A DNA stretch of 64,000 bases from Camelus ferus (Eukaryota), in contig NC_045697.1 of assembly GCF_009834535.1 (NCBI RefSeq), positions 113,152,001 through 113,216,000 on the forward strand. Reading direction: 5' to 3'. A model generated the notes under the pieces. The model saw only the letters and a list, made by a program, of their open reading frames with translations. It made no database searches and was not told the DNA's origin. Made by a program: the position numbers and the translations under genes. Shown in pieces: positions 50,675 to 64,000 of the stretch. Each line of letters starts with the position of its first letter. The first letter of the stretch is position 1.

Positions 50675-53436
50675 CTTGACTTCATCTTTTAAGAGCAGGA
50701 TCTACTCTCAGAACTTTGACTCCTGCCCGGCCAGAAATCACACCGCTGGATCCAGGAGCAGCTCTGTGCAGGAGGAAGTTTGCAATGGGGCAGAGGGTGA
50801 AACCATCTCCATGCTTGTCCAGAGTAAGCCCACACTGGTTCTCCCGCTATCTCAACTGACCTCTCTATTCCTGGACACAGCTGGTGAAATTGGGTTGGAA
50901 TTCCAACCAAGGGCTGGCCCCAAATCTTACGTTCTTATTGCATCAACGTATCAATCATTATCCTAGCTTTTGGCAACTGAGTCTGGAATTTCAGTTTGTT
51001 ACTGCTCATGTCCTGGTCCTGCTCACAGCCTGGAATGGGTGAAGGTCGAGGCCATGGCCAAGTCAGACTGTCATAGTGGAAAAGATTCTCTGGTCCATCA
51101 TCCAAGCTACTGTTGATGCATCAAGAGTGTCAACTGTATCCTTTTAAAGAAATGAAAGTATGTTTCTGCTGATAATATTCTACAGGGGGAGAGGCTGGCT
51201 ATGGAACTGAATTTGCATGCACTGCCTGACTTGGAGAAATCACAGAATCATTGAATTACACAGACAAAGTCAGTGTCTTGGAGGTCCCTGAATTTACAAC
51301 TTACACTTTAGAGATGGAGAAAGGGAGGCTTTGCCAAGTCCAAGGTGATGCTACCGTCGGGTCTGGTGCTGCAGTCTGCTCTTCCTGCAACGTGGTCCTT
51401 CATGCCAGGCTATGGAGGGGGCTGAGGGTCAGTAACCGTCTCCGTGTGTCAACAGGAACTCAGGCACTGCCTTTCCCACTGGATTTAAAGACCAATAATA
51501 ACAATAAAATGACTTGTCACAAGAGCAGGGGGTACGGAGGAAAGGACCCCAAACAATCCTAGAGCAGTTAAGATCACAGAGCTGCTAGAGGCAAAGAAAA
51601 TTGTAAATTGTGAGTATACAGAATTTGAAATACCTGATCTGACCTCAGAAACATTCTCAAGGACTAACTCTACCATTTAGACATGTTTCAGTGGACCTCA
51701 CAAATACTTCTCTTTCCAGCAACTTTACCTAAAAAAAAAAGGATAAAATCTGGCTGTTAGACAAATGAGGGTATCATTTAGCTAATGCTGAAAATACCTT
51801 AAGCAGTGCTAAATTCAGCAAAAGGGCATGAAGCCAGCCCATTATTCAAACACAGACGTTAGCCTGTTAAAATTTCAGCCCAAAGTGAAAATCTCAGCCA
51901 ACAGCATAGGTGGAAACGCATCTTAATTATGAAGAATTGAAGGCATCCTTTTCTAAGGGGTAAGACAAACTTTTATGACATAGAACTATACACACATTCT
52001 GCCAATGTCTGGTTCCTAATTTTGAAATAGGGTCATAATTATATAAGATGTAACCACTGGAGAAAACTTGGTAAAAGGCAACTTCTATGAATCTGTAGTT
52101 GTTTCCAAATAAAAAGTTAAAAAAAAAACAAAACTCCACTAACTCTTGAGGTAGTTAACTAATGAAAAATAACGCACACTCATTACACATCATTTCATGA
52201 CCCGTTAATATCATGATCAATTGTTATAATGTTACTGTGAGGTGGGTCTTTTGCTTCTGCTGTTACACGCTTCTTCTTTAGCACTCTCAGGAATCCCGTG
52301 TAGACTCTCTTTCATTATCAGCCTCATAAGCAAGTGAGTTAAATAAAGGTCAAATATATTTTTTTCCTTTTTTGTACCGTTTAGGTACCTAAACCTCCAC
52401 ACTGGTTCATCTCTTACTTGGCCTGATAGTATTCATTTGAAACACATGAATTTGTTCATTTAAAGATTACAGATAGTTGGTGGAATAATTTTCTTTCTTT
52501 TTTTTTTTCCAGTTTTAATGTAGAATTATTACAGTTCGACTGCACATACACATTATATTGCATGTAAATACATACATGCAGTATAGTGCACATCTTTTGT
52601 TTTCATGTATGGACTAGTTATTGTTTCTAAGAACAGATTAGATCTTTAGCTTTGTAAACTTACATACTTATCAAAGGAATAAAGCCAACTACAAAATAAG
52701 AATCAACAGAATGCGGTAATCCAGTCATAAAGGACAGTCACACGTGCTTACACTTATTCAAGAAATCAAAATAATAATTAGTTCATTTGTGTCCTGTAGA
52801 ATCATTTTCAATGCTGTATAGTGTAGGTAGAATTTTTGTCTTATTTGAGAAGGCAAGAACCTTGTTGTAAGACATTTTTAATTTTATTGACTTTAGCCTG
52901 AATGGGTCATGATTCTTAAGTCAAACCCATAATGTTCATTTATTTAAGGATATAATATGTGCCTCTTGTGGAATATTGGCATTGGCAAAGACCGCAAAAA
53001 TCCTCCAATCACCCACTGTACTTTACAGATGATGACTCTGGCTTCGGAAGATTAAATGATTTGCTCACTAAGGGCACCAGTTATAAGTGAAAAACCTGAA
53101 AAACCTGGAGCATCTTTATCACTGTAAACAATTTGTAGCCAGATTTGTTTGCCTGAGTTTGAAACTCACCTCCACCTCCTCATCACTGTGTGACTTTGGG
53201 CAAGTGACTTACTCTCCTTGTGCCTCAGTTTCTCTGTGTGTAACATGGGGCAACTAATTGTACAGTTGTTCAGATTTTTCGGAGGTGGTTTGGTACTTTT
53301 AATTCTAAATATGCTAGATTTTGGCTGAGATGAGTTTATATGTGTAATTCTTGATAGTCTTGATTTCATCAGAATTTCTTTTATGGGTCTTTTCTATTTT
53401 AAGAGCCATTATTTATTATATAACATATTATTAATT

Positions 53437-53815
53437 TAAAATTGAATATGTAGGTAAATAGCAAGGTCCCACTGTAAGCACAGGGAACTATATTCAGTGT
53501 ATTGTGATAGCCTGCCATGGAAAAGAATATGAAAGGGAATGTGTGTGTGTGTGTGTACACACACACACACACATATGCTGAATATATATTCAGTTATATA
53601 TACATATATATATATAACTGAATCATTCAGCTGTACACCAGAAACTAACACAACACGATAAGCCAATTATAGTTCAATTAAAAATATATATATATTGTGG
53701 GGGATGGGATAGCTCAGTGGTAGAGTGCATGCCTGGCATGCATGAGGTTCTGGGTTCAATCCCCAGTATCTCCATTAAAAATATAAATAAACCTAATTAC
53801 CTCCCCCTCAAAAAA
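53437..53815 (+). mobile_element. L1 3' tail (53437-53684) followed by a Vic-1-like SINE (53699-53815)
   Basis: GCTGTACACCAGAAACTAACACAAC...TTCAATTAAAAA then GGGGATGGGATAGCTCAGTGGTAGAG...AAACCTAATTACCTCCCC. Confidence 0.88.
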
Positions 53816-53869
53816 TTTTAAAAAATATAAATAACATTAATAACAAAAACCCGACATTGATGATGTGTA

Positions 53870-54514
53870 CTGCACGATTCATTGCTGTAGCAGACACTGC
53901 CATTTCTGTATCTACATCCGCACTTCATCCAGACTCCTGGTCGGGAAGACTCTGGCCAACATTCTGCTTTTCTCTGCTGAGGTCCGGTGGACCTGCTGGT
54001 CCTCTCATAAACAATCTTCCCCGGGTTTTGGGGAGGGGGGAGTTTGTAGCTTTTTGTCAGCATTTGGGTCTTCTCCAGAACTTCCAACCTCAAGGTTCTT
54101 GCCCACCCAGAGGGGAAGGGCAGGCCCGGGACCCAGCAGGACCTGGGCAGGGCTCTCACCCGCCAGCTGCTACTTTTTTCAGGTTTTGAGCTCGGAGACC
54201 AACTGGAGTAGCCAGCAGTCAGCAGAGTCATCTTTAAGCCACAATCCTCTTAGAGTCTCCTAGTGACTTGTGAAGAAGTTGGGAGTGGAGTGATTAAGTC
54301 CTCAAATCCATTTTCTCTCCAGAAGACTGGAATTAATCACCAGTCCCCTGAGGGCTTAGAAAGCATCCCTGTAGATCTTTCTTGCAGCCTTGGTTGTACA
54401 GGAGTCTTGCTGCCAGTGTCCAGGTAGTTTTCAGTGAGAAATGTTCCACATGTAGATGTATTTTTGATGTGTTCGTAATGGGAGGAAAGTTCCTCCTACT
54501 CCGGCATCTTGATC
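53870..54514 (-). mobile_element. Isolated L1 5'UTR fragment
   Basis: Minus strand GGATCAAGATGCCGGAGTAGGAGG...AACACATCAAAAATACATCTACATGTGGAACA, recalled as the laurasiatherian L1 5' terminus; left boundary uncertain. Confidence 0.65.
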
Positions 54515-56721
54515 CAAGTTTCCGACACTGACTGTCTTAAAATGAGAGAAATAATATACATATATATAACTGTACTATAAATAAATACAAACCAAATACC
54601 GTATGAAAGACAAACTAAATGCCATGAGAATGTAGACAGAGTATGGAAAGATATGAGGGCAACATTAAAGACTGTCTGATGTTTGAATTGAACCTTAAGT
54701 TTGATTGGCAGAGATGGAAAGGAAGACATTAAAAAGCAAAAAAATAACTTTAAAAGTCAAAGCACAGTATGAGAAATGAGAAAATTCTATTAGCTTTATT
54801 CACGAAATAAAGTAGGTAGGACAGGAGAATTCACAGGGAGATAACGTAAACCGATCAAATCATTGAGGAATTTGCACTTTGTTCAGCAGTTGAAGCAAAA
54901 ATATTTGCAATTTTAAGCTGGAGAGTAATATATTCAACAGGAAGTGTAAACTCCGCAGGGGAAATTGGGGGAGAATATCATAGAACAGGAATGTTATAAA
55001 ATTGGCTTGAATTAAGATGGTGGCACTGAGAATGGAAAATAATGAATGATCAGAACTTCCAATCTGGCCTTGGAATGGTAGAGTCCATGGAAATATCTCC
55101 AGGATGCAGAAGCCCCAGGCATGCCATATGTAAATATTTTAGTGCAGATATAATTTTCAAGAGAGAGAGTCCGTTGCTTTTATCAGAAATCTCAATGGAG
55201 TCTCTAATTGAACATTTTAAGGATGCTGGCTTCCTTGACCCTCGCTTTCTTTGCAGGGGCTACTTGGAAATACTTCCCCATGGCTTTAGTCTCTCCTGCT
55301 TTGTCTGAATCATTTGTTAGAGTAAGACACTCAACCCAAATTAGCTGCAGTTAAAAAAGGACACTCTTTGAACACGGTCCCAGTGTGTATCATTCATATT
55401 CATTCTTTTCCATTCAGAAAGGAGTATTTTTCTCCTTCTCACTGATCTTAGCTTTTGAATCTAAGCTAGGCATTCACATTCAGTGGATTAAATACACCCC
55501 CTTACCCTTCTAAACTAACCTCCGCTTGATCCTTTTGAGATTGATCAGTTTTGTTCTACACCTCTAACACTAGCTACCTCTTAAAGGGCACATGCGAATG
55601 CCCATTCTCCATCACATACATAGGTTATTTTTCTGATACCTAGATCAATGGATCCAAATCAGTTTACAAGCAAAGAGATGAAGTGCTTCAGATTTCTATT
55701 CTGAAGTCTGTTTAATTCTTGTAGATTTTCAGGAACTGTTTATTTTCCACTAAGGGGATTTGAATCAGTAATGGTATCTTTTGCCTTGGTTTTCCTAGAT
55801 GCGGACATTGGCCACGAAGCTTATTTTCTCACTCACGGAAGACATATTTCAGAAACGATGGTATCAATCTATTCTCGTAGGGCACACTCTGCTGTGCCCA
55901 CCAGACGATTTCTCCTGTGAGACTCACACATGCAATCCCTTCAGCTGCTGGGAGCTTGTTGCTGACAGTTCTTGTCCCCATGGAAGAGAACGCTTTCAGC
56001 CCTGCTCTGCCCATAGTGGAAGGAGCCCGCAGGCCAAATGGACCTGCCCACAGGGGGTCCATGCCCCTCCCTCTATTCCACTCCCTGGGTACTCAGGACC
56101 CTGGTATCCCCACCCAAACAGACTCAAGTTTGTTTTCTTAGTAGATAGCAGCATAATTATTATACTTATCCCATAAGTTTCCATACTTTTGATAGAAGAG
56201 ATATGAAAGTATCCAGCAGAAAAAACAGTTGGGTTGTGATTCAAGGTCCAGAAAACAAAAAATCAGTTCTTGGGAGAAACTCATTTATTGGACTGAAACC
56301 AGTGAGGAGTGTCTCTTAAGGTCCTCTTAAAAGGGCCATGTGTACTGTAAGAAACAACATTTGTAACAATGTCTTTACCATAAGTTCAGCAATGAGCTTC
56401 ATAACATTGTTTCTTGGAATGTTCCTCAAAGTAGAACATTGGCTCAACGTACAAGCCCAGGTAACTAAGGTCAGTTTCACAAAAGCTTTTAATCTTGTGG
56501 TGCAGGTACATATCTCTTTGTTGGTCTGGTGTACAAGGATAAAGATTACCTAGAGTAACAAATGAAGAATGCATGCTTTAAAAATGTTCCCCACATACTC
56601 TTTTCAAGAATGATCTTCTAAAGGACTGCCTGTTTTAAATGTCCTTAAAATTAAGCCAAATGCATCATATAAGTACAACTTTATGAAAAACAGGAGCAAA
56701 TGTAAGTCTGCAAAAATCTTA

Positions 56722-56820
56722 AAAGAATATGAAAAATATATATATATATATATGCACGACTGGGACATTGTGCTGTACACCAGAAATTGACACATTGTAA
56801 CTGACTATACTTCAGTAAAA
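56722..56820 (+). mobile_element. Short L1 3' tail
   Basis: AAAGAATATGAAAA...GCTGTACACCAGAAATTGACACATTGTAACTGACTATACTTCA. Confidence 0.85.
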
Positions 56821-57802
56821 ATTTTTTAAAAAAGAGAGAAAGGTGTGAAATGAGGGATCTGTTTCCATTTGAGTATTAACTATAAAGGGTTAGACTTGCA
56901 AACGGGACTGTTAAGTTTTATCTCAAAATGTCTCTAAAAACTGTACAGAAGTCTGGTTCACTTTATTTCTGCCTCATCACTTTTTCCCTAGGACTTCTTG
57001 TGAAGCCTCCACATCTACTCTTGGACTTCCTCCATTCATTACCCAAGCTCAGATAGTGAGCTTTTAAAGATACATAGTGTCAGGCCCTGACGGAAGCCCT
57101 AGTCAAGAACCCTACTGCTCTACATAGTCTGGTCCTCTCCTGCCAGACTCCATCACTGGGTTACCATGGTGACCAACCCCACTGTTCGGCAGAGCCTGGT
57201 CCTCTCCCATCTCACTCCATCACTGGCTCCTCTACTCCTGTTTGTCGGACCTGATACCTTGGGTGATCATTCCCATAGTTTCCTCAGATTTTAAGACAGC
57301 TTCCCCTACTCCCCTACCGAGACTAAAATAATTTCCTGATAATTAGGAAGAAGCTTTGATAGATACATCAGTTTTGGAGATTTTAATGAAATGCTTCAAG
57401 ACCGAAAGGAACAAACAAACATTACAAACCACCGAGTCGGTCCTGTTAGTACCTGGGCATGAGAGGAAGCATCAGTGGTTCTATTGCCAACTCTTCTATC
57501 CAGTATGAGACTATGTGGGTGACTTACTAGTATCCATAATTCCTGTCCATTTATTGTGAATAAAACAAATGGTGAAGAACAATGGAGACAGAATTCAGTG
57601 TTTGGCAAGGAAGATTACTGAATTAAAATAAAACTTAAGTCTCTCCAAAGATACAATTTTCTTTTATTTTAGGTACCAGACACTCAGTTTATAAATCTAT
57701 AATTGAGTCTTACATAAGTGTACCTGAAGTCACATATCAAGAATTTCTGTGTTCTGTTGAATATTGCTATAGATTTTCCCCTGAGGAAATGGGTATCTTT
57801 TA

Positions 57803-59530
57803 AAATTTTTTTTGAGATAACTGAGATTTACATGCAGCTTTAAGAAATAATACGGAGATGTCCTACATAAACTTTATCCAATTTCCTGCTTTTGTAGCAT
57901 CTACCATTACTATAGTACAATAACACAACCAGAAAATTGGCATTGCTAGAATCCATTGACTTTACTTAGATTCCACCAGTTTCACATGCATTCATTTGTC
58001 TGTGTCTGTATGTATTTAGCTCTGTATAACTTTATCACACATGTGATCACCACCACAGTCAAAATACGGAACACTTCCATCACCTGATACCTTGGGTAAC
58101 TCTGACAACTTCACTCATTTCTCCCCACTCTCCTTTACTGCATCCCAAGCCCCTGACAGCCACTAATCTGTTCCCACATTTCCTTAATTTTTTTTTTTTT
58201 AAGTTCAAGAACATTACATGAATAGAAGCATAAGGTGTATAACCATTTGGGACTTGTTTTTATTCGCTCAGTATAATTTCTCAGGGATTCATCCAGGAAG
58301 TTTTGTATATCATTGCTTCATTACTTTTGATCATAGAGCAGTATTTTCTGATATAAGCTATCACAATTTTGTTTGACTATTGATCTGTTTTAGGATATGA
58401 GTTTTTTTTTTCCAGTTTGGGGTTATTATAAATAAAGCTAGTATGAACATTTGCATATAGGTTTTTCCTGTGAACATTAATTTCCCTTTCTGTGGAGTGA
58501 ACGCCTGAGTGCCATTGGTCAGTCACATGGTAATCACATGTTTAGTTGTATAAGAAACCACCAACTGTTTTTTGGGTTGGCAGTACCATAGTATAGTCAT
58601 ATCAGCATTGCGTAAGTGATTCTGTTTCTTTACATCCTCATCAGCATTTGGTGTTGTCATTATTTTTCTTTTAGCCATCCTGATACAAGTGAAATGATTA
58701 GATAATCATCATTTTAATTTGTATTTCCCTAGTGGCTGATGAAGTTGAACATCTTTTCACATGCCTGTTTGCCATCTGTGTATCCTCTTTGGTGAAATAT
58801 CTGTTCATGTCTTTTGCTCATTTTCTAATTGGATTTTGGGGAGTTATTTTAAAAATTGACTTTTGAAAGTTCTTTATATATTTTATACTCTGGATATTAG
58901 TCCTTTGTCAGATATGTGGTATGCAAATGTTTTTCCCAGTCTGTAATTTATCTTTATCATCTTTATCATCCTTTCAAAAAGATCTTTTGCAGAGTAAAAA
59001 CTTTCAATATTGATGAGGTCCAATGTATCAATTTTCCCCTTTTAAGGGTAGTTCTTTTGATGTCAAGTCTAAGGAGTCTTTGCCTAAACATTAAAGATTT
59101 TGTTCTATTTTTTTCTAAAAGATTTGTAGTTTTATGTTTTAGATTTATGTCTGTGATCTACTTCAAGTTAGTTTTTGTATAAAGTGTGAGGGTTTGGTCA
59201 ATATCATTTTTTTTCTGCTTATGAATGTGTAATTATTCCACAACAGTTTTTTATTAAGCTGTTCTTCTTCCACTGAATTGCTTTTGCATATTTTTCACAG
59301 ATAAGTTGAGCATATTCATGTGGGCCCATTTCTGAGTTCTCTATTCTGTTCCATCGATGTGGGTGACAGTCCCTTCACCAGAACCACACTGTCTTGGTTA
59401 CTGTAGCCATCAGTAATCCCTAGGATAAGCTAGACAGAATCCTTCCACTGCATTCTTCTTTTTCAAGATTGAGTTAGCCATATCAGTCCTGTGCCATTCA
59501 ATATAAAATTTAGAATAAGCATCTCTATGT
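57803..59530 (-). mobile_element. Old L1M (MB/MC-like) 3' region
   Basis: Antisense ORF2/3'UTR motifs (GTTGAACATCTTTTCACATGCCTGTTTGCCATCTGTGTATCCTCTTTGGTGAAATATCTGTTCA). Confidence 0.85.
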
Positions 59531-61277
59531 TATTATAGGTTTTTCCGTGCTGAAAATGTTTATTTAAAACCATTAGTTAAGCATAAAACCCTCCCTTTCT
59601 TCTTTTCAGTAGTTATTACTATTAAATAGAAGATAACATTGCAACTAAATGATCATCTGTATTAAAAACAAAATTTGTACTATTGTTATTATAGTTCTGC
59701 CTTTATGAACATATGAAATTTTGGTAGCATCTTATATACATTTCCACTCGCCTGTGAGCGACTGGATACAGGAAAGGCTAATTGAGGAATCTTGTTTGGG
59801 ACACGTGCGCGCGCGTCGTACTCTGAAAAGCACAGCAAAACTCAGTAGAAGAACTTGCTTATTTGAAAGTGTCGCGTTTCTCTTTGAGTGGCCTCGTGAA
59901 AGAAATAGTGTCATCTGCACTAGCCTGGCTGTCCTTGACCTTGGGCAAAGATTAAGCTCTCCATCTATAGCTCAGATAACGTACCTCTAGGTTTTCTGTT
60001 TTACCATTGTCACAATACTGGGTCCTCCAGCCTGGAGAGCAAACGCGACTACTCATTTTTCATTTTTTTTTTTTTTTATTTTAAATCACATCCCAAGGCT
60101 CTCTCTTCTGAACAGTTTCTTTCCCTGGATGTTTTTAATCCTCTTGGAGAATAAATTATGACTAGAGGCTGTAGTGGATAATTTTGGAGGCTTCCTCTCA
60201 GCCCATGAGGACACTTCCTTAAAAGCTGCCACGTTTTTAGTGCGTGATCCTGCTCTTTGCATTCCCAGCCCCAAGCCCGGCCACAGGTGGACGGACCAGA
60301 GATGGATGTGTGACTTCATCTCTTCCTAATCTGTTGTCTCTCGCGCGAGTTTGGAGTCCGGATTAGCACGTGTCAGTCACCCTGAGGGCACAGCCGCCTG
60401 GCATCATGGCTGTCCCTGGGTCATCTTTAGCCAACATTCCCAGCATCCACTTGGACCAATTTTCTGGGAGACCAAAGATAAAGGATGCTGAGCTTGTATT
60501 TTGCCACTGGAAAAATGCATCAGAGCATAGGCTGAGTTGGGGGTGTGGCTTAGAAGTATTCATTTGCCTCTAGAGTAGAGGGGGAAAAAAAGAAAGATTT
60601 CTTTGAACATGTGACTGTGGAAAAGGAGAAATTATTTCTGGCAAAAATACCCTAAGAAAATATTTCTAAATTAAGAACTGTGGGTGGTTTTCTATGGGCA
60701 AAGTGTACCACGTTGTGGGATTTTTCTTTTTTCCTTTCTTTTTTCTTTTTTTTTTTCTGCTGTTTTCTCCAAAGGATGTAGCTAATTGTGCATTTTATAG
60801 GAAGCTATATTAGATCGAAATATGTTTCTAAGCATATGTGCATATGCATTTATAAACATAATGTCCTCTTATGTTTTTACCCTTCCAGTCTACTATATTG
60901 TGCCTTGTCACTTTTATCTTTCATGTTATTTTTAGGAACGCTTCGTAAGAATGAACGTACCAGATGTATACCATCTACTGACGGGGGAAAGAAAACCGCG
61001 TCGGAGGCTGCCTTGTTGCACTTTAATATACATAATATTCAACACTGTGCTTATTTCAAGAACATGATACTCAAAGACATAAACAAAGCTTTAAAAAAAG
61101 AAGTGTTCCCTCTTCAGAGGAAAGGGTATAAATATCTAGAAAATTAAAAGAAAGAATTAGGTCATTTTTTTTTAATAGTCGAGAAGCTGAGTTGAGCACC
61201 ATGTGGTGGGGGTGACACTGCTCCTTAATCATCTCTGCATAACTCTTGAGTCTTTCCTTTAACTCAAGATGCACAAA

Positions 61278-61318
<41 letters not shown>

Positions 61319-62132
61319 GAATAGGGGTAAGGGCCAGGGTTCTCTTTCTCTGGTTTTGATTATAAACTTCTGCTTTGACATCATTTATTTTTCGTTGTTT
61401 ATTTTTCTCCCCCTTTATTTTTTAATCTTCTCATTTTCTGAAATTTCCCTTGCATCCCTCGGATACTGCTGGGTCCACCCACATCCTTTCCTCTGCATGG
61501 GGAGCTGAGTCTCCAAGCTAATTTGCTCTGCCTCAGAAAGCATTATAGCAAAGCATCCCCCTGCCCCAAGATAGCACCCTCAGTTTTTCGCAATTAAGTC
61601 TTATTACTTGCATTTGTTTTGGTTCCCAGCTCTTATAATCTCCCTGTCTTGTCCTTTGCACAATCAGTTTACTAAGACTAAGATTGCATCTGTATTATTA
61701 GGAAAAATTGAAACCATTAACCGGTTGGTTGATTATTGTAAACAATGCCAAACAGTTAAACTTCCCCAAACTGCATATGCATTTTTTTTTTAAATATTGA
61801 ATGTGCTTTTATTTTCCTTAGTGTGGAAAAGATCTCCATTTCCCCAGAAGGAAATCCTACGGATTTACCTTGTGTTAAACTCGTTTTGAAAGAAGCACGA
61901 TTTCTACTTGGGTCATATGCTGACTTTGGGTTCACTTGATACAGACGTAAAAAGAAATGTGAGACCATTCTTCACCATCTTGGGTAAACTTATGTTGGAA
62001 GAATGACAAAACTACTGCTCATCTAAGATCATAGACAATGCTTATTGAGAGCTTTGTGTATGCTGTGTATGCTCTTTTAAAATCATAACCTGTAATATCC
62101 CATCTAATTTTTACAAAAATCCCGTGTGGTAC

Positions 62133-62790
62133 TGTTAGAGCAGGCAGATAGCTAGATACGAGCAGAGAAAAGGGGACACAGACCAAATGGCAGGAATTGG
62201 GCAGAAAGGAGGGACACAGGCCAAATACAGGAAACCCTACATCATGTAAGCACCAGGGGGTTCCTGGGCAGAGAAAGAAAAGCAGGACTCTTTGGGCTGA
62301 TAAGTGGTCACAACTTTTGGGGTGATAAGTGGCCTGGAGACCTACAAAGAAATGTGAGAACAGGCAGGAACCTCCAGTGTCCAAATGTAGCCTTTTGCTC
62401 ATTATGCCCTCATTTCAATAAAATTAGCCTTGCAGATCAGAAGTACCCAGCATGCACCGACACCGTAACACTTTCCCTCCAGACTAAATAAGGACAAAAA
62501 TCCCTCCTCCCTTTGGGAAGGTGGAGTTTGGATGAAAATCAGGGAATATGACCCCAAACCCTTCCCTCCCCAATGAATATTCAGCCCGTTCATTTTTACA
62601 CCCTATGTAACTAACTTGCCAAAGAAAGTCAGGGCAGCCGCTCACCTGAGCCTGCCCGCTCTCCCCTGAGAGTGTCCTATCCATCCTTTAATAAATTTTC
62701 ACTTAACTTTTTTAACCACTATGTTTTATCTCTGAATTCTTTCTGGGACTGGACAAGAACCTGGAACACCGGTTGCAGCCACCGGCAACA
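62133..62790 (+). mobile_element. Solo LTR (ERV1/MER39-like by recall)
   Basis: TGTTAG...CAACA termini, AATAAA at 62690, homologous to 1-149; no clear TSD, so the 3' end is uncertain by ~13 bp. Confidence 0.8.
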
Positions 62791-63299
62791 TCCACTGGCA
62801 GCATCTGGTCATCCCCGAGTTATGGTCCTCATTCTATACAGGAGACTGCCGAAACACACAGAGCCTAAATGAATTACTCAAGATCAAGATCCCACAGCTC
62901 AGGAGAACTAACAGTAGCATACACAGTTTATTCCAGAAAATGTTCCCTGAACCTCAGTCCCATACTGCCTTTCAACCATATGAGGAAGGCAAAGAATAAC
63001 TGCAAAGCTTTTTTAAGAAAACGTTATGTTTCCATGTGGCTATTGGAGGATTCATTCTCAGCCATTGCCTTTGCATTTTTTTTTACTCCTGAAACTGACT
63101 GCTTTATTATAATCCCATTTATTTGGTTCTTACTTACATGTAGCTTACTTACATTACACATTATAAAAGCATCATATGGTATTTCATACACAATTGAGCA
63201 AGGAGTAAAGAAAGGCTATATTTTGATAAGAGATGATAAAATGCAGTGTGTAAAACCATGCACGTGAAATGCAGCGAGATCAGTCATACAATCTCTCTC

Positions 63300-64000
63300 T
63301 CCATCCTGAACTTCTTTAGACCCCCTTTGTAAGGGGCTCATCAACACATCCACAGGAGCCTCTCACAAATGTTGCAAATCTGCCTTCCATGACTGCTACC
63401 ATCTGCCTCCACCTTGAACACAAGCCCAAATCTGCTTTTTCTTTTAGGTTTCCTTGTCTCAGTGAGTGGCTCCACCAATTACTAGAAAAAGTGAGAATCA
63501 TCTCAATTTCCTTCCTCCATTACTTCCCAAAGACACTCTGCTCTCTTTTGGCCTCAGTGCCAAAGCCTTACTTGAAACCCTGTCATGTCTTCTCTGGTCG
63601 TGTCTTAGTTGTCATTTCCAGGGCCTTCCAATCAGCCGCCAGGTGAAGTTCCTAACACAAATCCTCTCACGCTGTTCCCTCCCTTCACGTCCAAGCAGCT
63701 CCTCATACCTTCAGGGTTAAGTTGAAACCCTTGCTCCCCTTCTGGGCTCATCGCCCCCAGATGTCCATCCATTACAGCTTCTGCTTCAATTACACCAAAG
63801 CCCACTGTCTCCCATCAGACCAAACATTCTGTGAGTTGGTTACAATCCTGTTGTTCCCAACCCCTACTTCATTGCTTGGTGTCTTCTAGTCTTTCCCCTG
63901 GAACAGATCAATCACTACCTCCTTTTAGCAATGTTTTCTCATCAAAACTCCACATCCCCCAACTAAATTAAGTATTCTTCCCTCGGGCTGCTACTTTATT
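63300..64000 (+). mobile_element. Probable ancient L2 fragment
   Basis: Pyrimidine-rich degenerate L2-like motifs (TTCCTTGTCTCAGTGAGTGGCTCCACCAATTACTAG). Confidence 0.4.

Noticed and set aside
1..64000. CRISPR arrays, rRNA, operon-like or other novel multi-gene systems
   Set aside because: None seen; only two credible protein-coding genes, and the remaining short ORFs map to repeats or look random

Overview
AT-rich mammalian genomic DNA containing the head-to-head neuropeptide Y receptor pair. NPY5R is on the minus strand (single coding exon 1737-3077, with inferred 5'UTR exons near 5370-5421, 9595-9635 and in a CpG island at ~11 kb). NPY1R is on the plus strand (first exon in a CpG island at ~22 kb, CDS 28355-29053 + 29341-29793, 383 aa, polyA signal 31061). 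The rest of the window is intergenic and repeat-rich: a near full-length dead Tigger1, several solo LTRs, L1 and L2 fragments, and many tRNA-Ala-like SINEs resembling camelid Vic-1, which suggests a camel/alpaca/llama genome (inference). I see no new multi-gene system. The best leads are: (i) a spliced in-frame upstream ATG plus an overlapping uORF in the NPY5R leader; (ii) a TSD-flanked SINE inside the small NPY1R coding intron; (iii) a 20-unit indel-free interstitial telomere-like array; (iv) an apparent GC/CpG shift in both receptor CDSs; (v) a three-layer nested retroelement forming an inverted repeat; (vi) an inverted pair of same-family LTRs bracketing the locus. Repeat family names and comparisons with human come from recall, not from searches.
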